This document shows, in pieces, positions 10,232 through 21,382 of a stretch of 64,000 nucleotides of DNA (position 1 is the first letter of the stretch; each line of letters starts with the position of its first letter). Source of the stretch: Octopus sinensis. Lineage: Eukaryota. The notes under the pieces are model-generated. The model saw nothing but the letters and a program-made list of their open reading frames with translations, made no database searches and was not told where the DNA came from. The stretch covers positions 122,760,001 to 122,824,000 of the forward strand of contig NC_043000.1 of NCBI RefSeq assembly GCF_006345805.1. The letters are read 5' to 3'. The position numbers were made by a program, and so were the translations under genes.

Positions 10232-10860
10232 GTAGCAGCAGGAGCAAGAACACCATCATCATTACCACCATCATCGTCAACATAACAGCGCCGTTTACTA
10301 AAGACAAGCAGACAAGATGGACGCTGGTATGTGTGTTGGCGATCACGTGTTTCTGAATGGACCTGTATGTTTTTGTGTAAATGTGTGTGTGTGTGTGTGT
10401 GTGGTGTGTTGGTGTGTGTGTGTATGTATGTGTGTGTGTGCGTGTGCGTGTCTGTGTGTGTGTTTGTACGCGGGCATTGATGAGAATCTGAGGAAAGGAT
10501 GGGTGGTATGGCAGATTCGAGATAAATGTCAGTTAAAAGGTTAAGTCTTGAGTGGAGGACGGATTGTGGGTATGTGTTCGTTTGAGCGTGTATATGTGTG
10601 TGTGTGTGTGTGCATGCGTGCACGTGTGTGTGTATGTGTGTGTGTGTGTGTGTGAGGCAGCTGTGGTGATAAGTGGTAAGACGACAGCAATCAATTGAAG
10701 ACGCACTGCTTCTTAACTAAGTTCATAGAAACAACTTTCACACGAACCACGAATGCTGTACAGTTTAGCGACGAAGTCATTTTAGGCTCGTCTCTGCCAT
10801 TCACTGTTTTTCGCTTCCTGTGCCAAACCAACCAACCAACCAACCTTTTGTACAAAGTGA

Positions 10861-10861
<1 letters not shown>

Positions 10862-10898
<37 letters not shown>

Positions 10899-11018
10899 TA
10901 TTATTATTATTATTATTATTATAAATGATTAAAACTATAAATAAAGATATGGGTGAACGATTTCTCTTGAAAGAAGGTAGATGATGGCGGTGATGACAAT
11001 GACGACGACGACGACGAC

Positions 11019-11089
<71 letters not shown>

Positions 11090-11173
11090 CGACGACGACG
11101 GCGACGATGATGATGACGACGAAGATGGTGATAACGCCGACGATGATGATGATGATGACGACGACGAAGATGG

Positions 11174-11212
<39 letters not shown>

Positions 11213-12060
11213 CGACGACGATGATGATGACGACGAAGATGGTGATGACGTCGACGATGATGATGATTGTGATGATGATGATGACGACGACGAAGATAGT
11301 GATATGATGAAGATAGAGATGATGATGATGATGAAGATGACGACGACGACGACGATGGTAAATATGATGATGATTATGATGATGATGATGTTGATGATGA
11401 TTGTGATGATGTCGCCGACGACGACGGCGATGATGATGATGATGATGATGATTGTGATGGTGGTGGTGGTGTGGGTTGAGAGTGATGGTGGTAGTTGTGC
11501 TGATGGCTGTGATCATGTTTATGATGAGGAGGAGGATAAAGAAGAGTAGGAGAGGGAGGAAGAGTAGGACATGGAGGAAGAGTTGGAGATGGAGGAAGAG
11601 TTGGAGATGGAGGAAGAGTTGGAGAGGGAGAAAGAGTAGGAGAGGGAGGCGGAGAAGGAGGAGGGGAGGAAGAAGAGAAGGAGGTGACAGTGCTGCTGTT
11701 GTGGTAGTGGTTATGATAGTGGAGGTGGTGCTGTTGGTAGTAGTTGACATGATAATCGGGGTCATGTTTATAAGATGATGATGAGGAGGAGGATGATGAG
11801 AATGAAGATGCTGACGATAACGACGACAATCGTGTTGATGATGCTAGTGATGATGGTGGCGCTGGCGCAGATGCTAGTAGTGTTGAAGGTGGTGGTGGTG
11901 GTGGTGGTGGTGGTGGTGACGGCGGCAGCGGCTGTGGCGTTGGTAGTGATGGTAGTAGTCGCAGTAACTAAGATGGTATCGTAGTTGTGTTTATGGTGAC
12001 GATGGTGATGCTGGTGGTTATCATAATGCTGATAGTTATGGTGATAACGGTGATGTATCA
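10862..12060. repeat. Compound trinucleotide low-complexity block: (ATT)n, (GAT/GAC)n, (GGT)n, (GAG)n and an 18-bp GGAGGAAGAGTTGGAGAT repeat (~11570-11650)
   Basis: Directly visible; it generates homopolymer-type ORFs in several frames. Confidence 0.92.
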
Positions 12061-12088
12061 GGATGACGTCATCAGCGGATCTAATTCT

Positions 12089-12300
12089 GTTTTTTTACTC
12101 TTTTACTTGTTTCAGCCATTTGACTGCGGCCATGCTGCAGTACCGCCTTTCGTCGAACAAATCTACTTACTCTCTGAAAGCCTAGTACTTATTTTATCGA
12201 TATCTTATGCTGAACAGCTAAGTTACTGGGACCGCAAACACACCAACATCGGTTGTCAAACGATGGTGGAGGGGGGCAAACATAGACACAAAAACATATA
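12089..12300 (-). mobile_element. Family A SINE 3' half
   Basis: TTTTACTTGTTTCAGCCATTTGACTGCGGCCATGCTG..., CACACCAACATCGGTTGTCAA. Confidence 0.8.
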
Positions 12301-12362
12301 CACACATGTATACACACACACACATATATGTATATATATATATACAGTGGATCATCCACAGT

Positions 12363-12409
12363 GGATCTTTTCATTTCCAAGGCCTGTTTTGTGGAAATGA
12401 AAAGATCCT
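12363..12409. repeat. Perfect 17-bp inverted repeat (mini-MITE-like hairpin)
   Basis: GGATCTTTTCATTTCCA / 12-nt loop / TGGAAATGAAAAGATCC. The end motif is shared with the MITE at 39508. Confidence 0.75.
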
Positions 12410-12412
12410 ATA

Positions 12413-12610
12413 CAGTAGAACCTCGGTTTAAGAACAATTCTGATCACAAATAAATTGTACTTTATTTCCTGTCTTTCTCGTATTCATTTAATACAGTAGT
12501 ACCTCGGTTTACGAACGCCTCTGATCACGAATAAATCGTGCTTTATATATATCTATATCTATATATAAAGTATATATAGAGAGACTTGTTCGAAAACCGA
12601 AGAACTACTG
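12413..12610. mobile_element. pogo/Tigger-like MITE remnant with a duplicated left end
   Basis: TA-CAGTAG(A/T)ACCTCGGTTTA.GAAC occurs at 12413 and 12493. An imperfect inverted partner GTTCGAAAACCGAAGAACTACTG lies at ~12588-12610. Confidence 0.55.
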
Positions 12611-12794
12611 TTTATGTATGAGCAATCTGGAGTATAACCAGCCTCTTGCTTATACATTATAATATTTCAAATCCACCGTGCAGGCACAGTTTTTTGTCGG
12701 CAGCAAAAAAGAAACCCACATTTCTTCGAACAATTATTTTATTTGCTAGTAGTAAAAATTTCTAAAAATCTTTATTACCCCGATATTGATTACT

Positions 12795-12888
<94 letters not shown>

Positions 12889-12940
12889 ATGAATGGGTGC
12901 GTGCGTTACCTACCTCTACATGTACATATACACGCATATA

Positions 12941-13330
12941 TGAGTACAGGACACCAAAAGGACGTCGAACACAATGAGAAACGAAAACATAGACACAAAG
13001 GAACTGGACATATATTTAAAAACAACAAAAATATAGAATACAGGACAATTAACACAAAGAAAAATACCCTTCTTCAGTCGCTAAAGCTTTCATCTACTCT
13101 ACGTTTCGAAGGATAAAAGCGAGACGTATCTTCGACAAGAAAACTTTCCTTCCTGCGAAAAGCAAATCAATTAAAATTCTGAGATCTTTTCGCAGAGGGG
13201 TAAAAAATAGTAACAACAGGACAGTAACGACAGTGCAAATTGTAAACAGTATAAGACAGGACAAGCAAAACAAGATAAAAAGGGCTCTTGACGCCGAACG
13301 AAAAAAAGTATTACAAACGCAGAATTTTTT
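12941..13330 (-). mobile_element. Non-coding Penelope-type terminal-repeat element, family X copy 2 (diverged subfamily)
   Basis: Aligns with 6805-7140 at both ends and at the core motifs; the interior is diverged. Confidence 0.7.
13066..13128 (-). ncRNA. Candidate non-circularly permuted hammerhead ribozyme, copy 2
   Basis: Order on the minus strand: UACGU-C(H17)-UCGCU-UUUAU-CCUUC-GAAA-CGUA-17 nt-AGCGA-CUGAAGA-AGGGU. Stem III is UACGU/ACGUA, stem I is UCGCU/AGCGA, and the cleavage triplet is GUC. Confidence 0.6.
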
Positions 13331-13470
13331 ATGGACGACGAGCGGAGGAAAAAGAGTGACTTCGAATGACTCGTCCTTGTTTTGTTTGTATCGTCTATCT
13401 GGATGTTTTGTTGTCCCATTTTTGTATCACCTAATTGTCCGGATGTTTTGCGTTCTTTCCCATTTTGTAT

Positions 13471-13519
<49 letters not shown>

Positions 13520-13584
13520 CTCTGTGTGTGTGTATGTGTGTGTGTGTGTGTGTGTCTGTGTGTGCGTGTGTCTGTGTATATTTA

Positions 13585-13750
13585 TATACGACGGGCTTCT
13601 TTCAGTTTCCATCTACCAAATCCACTCGCAAGGCTTTGGTTCTCCCAGGCTATAGTAGAAAACACTAGCACAAGGTGCCATGCAGTGGGACTGAACTCGG
13701 AACCATGTGGTTGGGAAACAAGCTTCTTACCACAAAACCACGCCACCGCC
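13585..13750 (-). mobile_element. Family A SINE 5' half
   Basis: ACGACGGGCTTCTTTCAGTTTCC...GGAACCATGTGGTTGG..CTTACCAC. Confidence 0.85.
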
Positions 13751-13867
13751 TAGTTATATAGTTCTAGTCATGAAAGGAAGGTTGGCTTCCACCATTCATA
13801 ACTAGATATGTTGTTCGTAATAAACACCAGTGTTTGTGAGTGTGTAACTGGGTGTGCGCCTGCTTGT

Positions 13868-13901
<34 letters not shown>

Positions 13902-14289
13902 TGTGTGTGTGTGTGTGTCTGTGTCTGTGCGTGTTTGTCTGTGTGAGGAGTGTGTGTTTGTATGTGTACGTGTAAGTCTATGTGTGTGTGAGAGAGTGTG
14001 CTCTTATGCGCGTAATTTTGTGCAGCTGACTGTGTGCCTATGTTAGCCATTTCCAATTTACTGAAGATGTAAATGTTGCAGATGTCATAGTTCCAAAACC
14101 AGGACAATGACCTGTGTGGTCATTGGGAATTAAAATGGTACTCTATACAGGCATAAGTGTATATAAAAATATTTACATACATACATATACCTAGATAGAT
14201 AGATAAATTTTTATATATATATACATGCTGTTTTCTCTTTCTCTCTCTCTCTCACTACCTAATTACGTATGTTTTATAATATAAGTTTA

Positions 14290-14589
14290 TATCAGATGTT
14301 GCTACACATTGCTGTTGCAGCCCATCACTTGTCACAATGCGTTTCGCATTGTTTTAGCCTTCAAATGACGCCACCCCGCTGGCTAAGCGAGCAGGCCAAC
14401 AGAAGAAAGAGTGAGAGAAAGTTGCAGTGAAAGTGAACAGCAGGGATCGCCACCAACCCCAGCTGGAGCGTCGTGGAGCTTTAGGTATTTTCGCTCAATA
14501 AATACTCACAACGCCCGGTCTGGGAATCGAAACTGCGATTCTACGACCGCGAGTTCGCTGCCCTAACCACTGGGCCATTGCGCCTCCAC
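14290..14589 (-). mobile_element. tRNA-derived SINE with family C head and a distinct 3' tail (working C4)
   Basis: The head matches 9374. The tail ends CAGCAATGTGTAGCAACATCTGATA, also seen as an isolated stub at 17462-17520. Confidence 0.85.
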
Positions 14590-14638
14590 ATCTATATATA
14601 TATGTATATATACACACACATGTATATACATATATATA

Positions 14639-14685
<47 letters not shown>

Positions 14686-17461
14686 TATGGCTTTCCGTAT
14701 GAAGTGCCGATCTCTGTGTAACTCTGTCGCTTTGTTCATTTAGCCACTTGTTAGCAAACAACATTTAACCAGGTGTGTAAAAAGGGTGTAGACAAATTAT
14801 GTATATTGTAAATTGCAGCTACTAAGCAACTGAACATTATCAAAATTAGATAATATTAGGGGAAAATTATCATGCCACCGACTGATTAGCAAAAAAGAAA
14901 AAAAAACAAACAGCTGGTGGTATATCATACTTTTAAGTATTGGAAACGGTACATATTAATTAACTAACACATTGCATCGAGAATGATAAAAAAGAACAGC
15001 AAACATTTCACTGCAACGAAAACAAAAGATCATTAAAACCAACCCAATTAGCCACTCTCCTGCGTAGCCTTAACTCAATTTACGAATTTTTTTAATTAAA
15101 CAACCAGTGGTTATAAATGATGCCGTCACGTTGTAAACGTTTTCGCTACAAAGATGACTTGATGCTATTCTGGAGAACCTAATAATAATTTTCATGTGAA
15201 ATCTAGTCTGAGTAGAAGCACACCGAAGTCAGAGATTCAGAACAGAATCAGTCAGATCAATGCAGCTAATAAAATACAACTCGGTGAAATTTGTGTTGCA
15301 GAAGTGTTATACGAATATTAAGAACTGAACTAAATGCTGGAAATAACATAATTGTTATAAGCATACTAAGCGTCCCAGTCATAAAATTTATTATTGCATT
15401 CCATTATATGAAAATAGTGCTTCAACATGATAGATTGGAACTTAAGTGAATAGAAGAACCAGAAAACTACTAGAATTGTCCCGGCATTACCACTTTAGAG
15501 CCGATTTATGCTATACAGAGAAGTTGAAGTACTGAGTTTAGGAAATTAATTAGAAGCAGGCGAAGAGAAACGTTTTAGTGTTAAAAGGAAAAATGATGGA
15601 AGTAACAACAACAATAACAAGAACACGTTTTATACATAAGAGGGCAATGAAGGAAAATTTAGAAACCAAACAATAAGGACACGGGCGTGATGCAATAAAA
15701 CCTTTCTTCGGATAAATTGTTCTTATATAATTCTAGAATTTTGTTAAACATGTACAATTCTTCATTCTAGATCAAAACATTTTTTTTTAAAGTATACCGT
15801 GACTACGTTTATGTAGTTACAGCAACCTTCTGTTATTTTCGAAAATCTATTTTCGCATTCTACTCACTTATAATTAATCCAGAAATCAATACTTCCTATG
15901 AAAACTTCTTCACAAGCTTGCCTTTTTGAAACATCTACTTTACTATCTTCCATATCAAGCGTTGGTATTGCTTTTATTCCATCAACACAAACCATAGCTA
16001 TACGCTTGATATGACTCCTGGTTTGAAAAAGAAGTAGACGAAGACAAAAAAAAAAGCTATTTGTTATCGGGTCATTTTTAACGTAAGGCAAATGTCAACT
16101 GAAAAGGGAAAGAATGAAGACAGCAAAAGAAACAAAATTGCTTTATGTTAAGCCAAATTCAGCTAAGATAGAAAAGACAACTGAATTTTGTTTCTTCTCT
16201 CTACTATTTGAGATAAGATTTATGAAAGTGAGTAAAACTTATGCTTTCAGATATTGTGTGGACTTGTCATCAGTTTCAACAATTTCCTTCTACCCCTGCC
16301 ACGAACAGCAAGCTTAAGTTCAATGGCAGAACCTCAATTGATTTATTTGCTATTTGTGCAGCAGTCTATAATATGTTATACACTATCTATCATTCTTACA
16401 TTCACTAATATCTTACCATAGAAATGGTTAGAGTTAGGTAAATCTACCTCCGGCTTCTGTGATGTATCCAACAATATCAAATATATGTGGACGACGTTTT
16501 GTACAGATAGGATAATGTGTTTCTATGCGGTCGTTCATCCAGGTAAAAATAGCAGCCAAATCTTCCTTTATTACCTTTCCTTAGAAAGGAAAGACACATT
16601 AGGGCATCTAAGAAGTGATGTATTGACAAATTTTTAACCAACCAACAACAAGCAGAGGAAGATCTCAGACCCTGTACCCCGAATGACCCAGCAACATTAT
16701 ATTTATGAAATGTCCACTAAGTACACAATGACTTGTCTATTAAGCTGTCAATACATACGTATATGTATATGTGTGTGTATGTATACACACACATATATAT
16801 ATACATTCATATATATACAATCACACACACATATATAGCCTGATGCAACTCATCTCGTGTTCAGCAACGTCTTTTGATGTGTAACCATGATTTGGCTTTG
16901 ATCGAAGAGGCAATGGCACAAGTAGAACCCAAGGAGGCATCTTGCAATTTATACCATGTCTCGGCCTGGTTTAAGACAAACCGCACACTCTAGTTTAAAG
17001 GGTTCATTTATAGAAAGTACATTCTGCAGTTGGACATAACACACTGAATCCATTTTCCCGCCTATTTCTGTACACATGCAGATTCTGGCCAAGGAGAATT
17101 AGATCAGACTGTTTCTGTACACATGCAGAGATGGCCAAGGAGAATTAGATCAGACTGTGGCATCAGTCGTTCCTCTAAACTTAATGTTGATGATGTGCAG
17201 TTCAACAGAGGGTTTAGAGCCAGTGAATTGTTGTGAGGTGAAAATATGTTCGTTATTTGTCTCTTGAGTGAGTGGAAGAGCAAGTAATTATTATGATGTT
17301 GTAGAAGCCTTCATGGATGTTTCTAGAAATTTAAGGCGACGTATTGCAGTTTCTAATAAAAAGAATTCTGATCTAGGCGAATGTGCATATATTTCCTTTC
17401 ATGTTTCTAGCTTTATGTATGGTCTATTGATGCTATTTCATATATATATATATATATATAT

Positions 17462-17517
17462 ACAGCGATGTGTAGCAACATCTGATAGTCTGGTCGGTCA
17501 CGGTGATCACAGTGACG

Positions 17518-17520
<3 letters not shown>
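17462..17520 (+). mobile_element. 5'-truncated 3' stub of SINE C4 between two (TA)n tracts
   Basis: CAGCGATGTGTAGCAACATCTGATAG matches the 3' end of the 14290 copy. Confidence 0.6.
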
Positions 17521-17577
<57 letters not shown>

Positions 17578-17586
17578 CATATATAT

Positions 17587-17753
17587 TCTTTTATGCGTTT
17601 CAGTCATTTGACTGTGGCCATGCTGGAGCACCGCCTTTAGCCGAACAAATCGTGGCATCTAGGGCAAGTGTCTTCTACTATAGCCTCGACCCGACCAACG
17701 CCTTGTAAGTGGATTTGGTAGACGGAAACTGAAAGAAGCCCGTCGTATATATG

Positions 17754-17809
<56 letters not shown>

Positions 17810-18052
17810 CGCGTGTGCGTATGTGCGTGTGTGCGTGTGTGTGTGTATGTGCATGTTTGTTTGTTGTCTGTATTTCTCCCCTAACATCGCTTGACAACCG
17901 AATCTGGTGTGTTTACGTCCCCGTAACCTAGCGGTTCGGCAGAGACCGATAGAATAAGCATTAGGCTTACAAAGAATAAGTCCTGGGGTCGATTTGCTCG
18001 ACTAAAGGTGGTGCTCCAGCATGGCCGCAGTCAAATGACTGAAACAAATACA
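17587..18052. mobile_element. Two truncated family A SINEs fused head-to-head (minus-strand 3' end 17587-17652; plus-strand copy 17652-18052)
   Basis: The junction reads AAATCG|TGGCATCTAGGGCAAGTG. A 56-bp inverted repeat pairs 17597-17652 with 17990-18045 with 4 mismatches. Confidence 0.85.
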
Positions 18053-18080
18053 AGAGAGAGAGAGAGAGAGAGTAAAGAGT

Positions 18081-18120
<40 letters not shown>

Positions 18121-18149
18121 CTTCTTCTTCTTCTCCACCTTCTACCTCT

Positions 18150-18587
18150 TAACTTTATCACTAATGCTTTTTAGTATAACACCTACTCAAATTCCATAAA
18201 CAAACCTTTCAATAGAAATATTCTCCTGAATTGAACTGCAACTGCTAGCCGCCACTGACCATTCAAAATACGACCATCAAGGCACTCCCAAATTTGTCCA
18301 CTCCCTCTCCTCATCAACCTTCTTCTTCTTCTACCCTACAAAGAATTCACAACGGCCTCGAACACACAAGTGCAAACAAGGGAGACAGAGAAAGGCAGAA
18401 TGCCACTTATATTTGAACACTATACAAATATTCCTTTAAAAAAACTTTTCTTTTAATTTTTCTAAATTTAATTATTTAATCGTTACAGTTGAAAAGGTCT
18501 CAAAATGACCGAAACCGATACTGAAATGTTCTTTATAAAATTATTTTAGTATTTTCTATTTTGACTTGTGTGTTCCTTTTCACCCTT

Positions 18588-18590
<3 letters not shown>
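18150..18590 (+). mobile_element. Degenerate Penelope-type 3' end
   Basis: One frame gives a KYSPELN-like C-terminal motif (~18219-18240). A hammerhead-like motif follows at 18489 and a T-rich end runs into (TA)n. Confidence 0.45.
18483..18526 (+). ncRNA. Degenerate minimal type I hammerhead-like motif
   Basis: CAG-UUGAAAA-GGUC/UCAAAAU/GACC-GAAA-CCGAU-A-CUG. Stem II is 4 bp, stem I is CAG/CUG, and stem III is a near-palindrome ACCG(A)U. C3>U and G8>A. Confidence 0.55.
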
Positions 18591-18657
<67 letters not shown>

Positions 18658-18731
18658 TATATATACTTAAAGAGGTTTGTTGAGTAAAACCAGAACAATG
18701 CGAGAAGGTACAAAGCTGCAGTTTCACTTTG

Positions 18732-18773
18732 AATTTCTATATTTCGGGTTTATGACCCCTTCATCAGGACATT
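18732..18773 (-). ncRNA. Minimal type I hammerhead-like motif with intact core
   Basis: AAUGUC-CUGAUGA-A-GGG/GUCAUAAA/CCC-GAAA-U-AU-A-GAAAUU. Palindromic AUAU stem III; 5 of 6 bp in stem I. The element 3' end runs into the (TA)n at 18590-18665. Confidence 0.75.
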
Positions 18774-20500
18774 TGGAAAACTTGTTGCTCAGATGTGTGA
18801 GAGATAAAGGAGTAAGGTGACTTCCACAGATTGTTGTAGCTATAGCAACCAGTCGCCGTCATGTAGCTGAAGCAGACTGGTTCCTATAGCAACATTTTCT
18901 GCGCATGTGTATATGCTCAGTTAGCCTATACAATTGTTCCAAGTATCTAAGAACTTCCTGTGCGGGAATTTTTTTTGAGTGAATAGAATGTTGCACAGCA
19001 CCGCATCCCTTTTCTGCGAAACCGGCTATAAAACCGATGGCACAACAGAGGTTGAGACTACTAGGAACCGACTACACTTTTGGGCTTTTATACGAGCTTG
19101 CCTTCTCTGGAAGGAAATTCTAACGAGAACTAGGATCCTTCACGTCTAGTGGTTCGCATGGTTGTTAACACTTAGCTAAGATCATGATAGGTCCTACAAT
19201 TCCGGGTCAGAGTAGACCTGGGGAAAACCGTGGTTAAGAGATGGTTCCACACTCTTGAAAAACTCCCATACCAAGTCCCCACTAGTTGATGCAGTTTAAA
19301 GCCATACTCAGGAATTGTTTACACGCCAAGATATACAAACATACATATATAAATACCTATATAGTGTATGTATGTATTTATGTATGTATGTATGTATGTG
19401 TGTGTGTATGTACGACATTTTTCAGTTTTATTTCAAGATTTCTTGCCAATAGAGAAAGAGCTGGTTTCTAACTTAGATCCAAGGTTCCTTCATCAAAATT
19501 TCAACATCAACAACAGGTTATGTATGTATGTATGTATGTATGTATGTATGTATTCATGCATACCTGCAGACCTGTATCTTCTGTTTCATGTAAGTCTTCT
19601 CATGTATATATTTGCATATCTAGTCATGTTCATATACTTAAATGATAAATGTATGTATGTATGCGTACATGTTTTTTCATTGAGTTTTAATTAAGTTTTT
19701 CTCAAGTGAGTTCAAGCCGGTTGCTAATGAAGTGACAAGTCTTTTTGAGTTAAGAGAGTTCCCGGTGTTTAGAAATGAGTGGCTGAGTTGATGTGTTAGT
19801 TCAACCGTCGATGCACGCATCCAAGTATGTGCATCTTTTCTCCTAAAGAATCTCAGACAGAGAATCTTTTGAATCTTTCTATGTATGTATTTGTGAGAAT
19901 AAATCGCCGTACAATTATAATATTAGTTTACTCGGCCAACTGTCCAGAGATAAAATCTGTTGCATGCGGCTTGATGTGTTTCTGGGCATGGCACCAATCT
20001 ATATGCTTTGGGTTATCGAGGTGACGAGAACTGCCAATAGATTATTATGGGGAAAGGTTAATATAACGAATCAATCATTGATAAATACATCTGTTCGTGA
20101 AAGGTCAAACGATGGACTCTATTTATCGCATGAATTTGTTTATAAAAATATCAGTTGGAACAGTTTGCATGCATCGTTAAAACTATATTTTTCATTCAAC
20201 TTGCTTTATTTAAACGTCGATAGTAGATATGATTGAACTAAGTGCATGTATCCAATATAACCATACAAAATGTTAGATAGGAAGCTTGTGCTAATCTTCA
20301 AAATAGAATATTTACAAAGCGGCTGTGAGATTTCGAGCGGTGATATATATAATACGTAGATGAAAATGAAAGAAAAGGCCTTATAGAAGCCATTTTACGA
20401 TTACAGTTTCAAATTTGACTTTCGCTTTTTGTCATTGTTTTAACTAGCTATCGCTTGAAAGTCACTGGTTAAATATATACTTCACAACATCTGAGAAATA

Positions 20501-21064
20501 TTGGGTTGTCCGGAGAGTTCGTGCCGATTTTTAAAGGAAAGAAAAAGGTCAATAAATACTTGTCATTACATTTTTAATCAACCAAATAGGAACCATTTTG
20601 TTGCACAATGCGTCTCCATCTTTCCCTTAACTTGAAAATACCTCTTCCCAGAATTGAGGTGATTTCATGGCAAAGAATTCATCAAGGTATCGTTTTACGT
20701 CATCCAAGAAATTGAATTTTTTACCATTAAGACTATTCTGCAGAGACCTGAATAAGTAGAAATCTGAAGGAACAATATCTGGTGAATATGGAGGGTTGGG
20801 TAACACATCCCAGCCGAGCTGCAGCAATTTTTATCTGGTTCCCTAAGCATCAAGTACCGAAAATGATCTTCCTTATCTTCCATTTTAAAGGTTACAGAAT
20901 TAACACAGATTATAGGAACATAAACCTTCTTTCACGAAAAGATAGCTCAAACTGTGCTCTAAATGGAGGTGTAGTAAAATCCTATTTTATGGACTGAACC
21001 ACGTTCTAAAATAAGTCGAAATGTAAGCTACTATAAATCGGCACGAACTTTCCGGACAACCCAA
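20501..21064 (-). mobile_element. Internally deleted mariner (DD34D-type) transposon
   Basis: 30-bp TIRs TTGGGTTGTCCGGA(G/A)AGTTCGTGCCGATTT with 1 mismatch and a TA on both sides. N-terminal MEDKEDHFRYLML is fused to C-terminal LGWDVLPNPPYSPDIVPSDFYLFRSLQN. Confidence 0.95.
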
Positions 21065-21382
21065 TAAATACATACAGTTGATATATACAAATAACAATAT
21101 TTAAAATATTTGAATGCTGCGAGTATTAGATTTCATGTTCAGAGTTAAAATTGCATTTTCCTTTAAACTTTTTAATACAATTTACAAAACCGTCGTGAAA
21201 TCTTGTGGAATAATATATAATACATACATAAGAATAGAGATAGAAAAGGTTTTAAAGAAATCAATTTATAATTGTAGTTTTAATTTTAACTTCTGCTTCC
21301 CACCGCAATTTTAACTAGCTATCATATCACTTGAAATTCACTTGTTAAGTGTGTATACACCACATTTTTCAAGTACTTCTGG

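Noticed and set aside
10158-10332. MFAIRHHQ-polyH-polyQ frame and a CTG|GTATGT donor-like site
   Set aside because: There is an in-frame TAG at 10233, no acceptor, and the sequence is a CAT/CAG microsatellite next to GT repeats.
10935-12060. Long ORFs rich in Met/Thr/Ile/His/Ser runs
   Set aside because: They are translations of compound trinucleotide microsatellites, open in several frames on both strands, with no domain or splice support.
18790-19330. Sequence upstream of the 18732 hammerhead as Penelope coding DNA
   Set aside because: I could not find RT or GIY-YIG motifs in the minus-strand frame I translated, and no such ORF appears in the supplied track; left unassigned.
19455-19496. 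Minus-strand UUGAUGA..GAAAC hammerhead-like words in a (TATG)-flanked repeat (related segment at ~62528-62560)
   Set aside because: C3 is absent, stem II is not closed at the core, stem III does not pair, and the related copy lacks CUGANGA.
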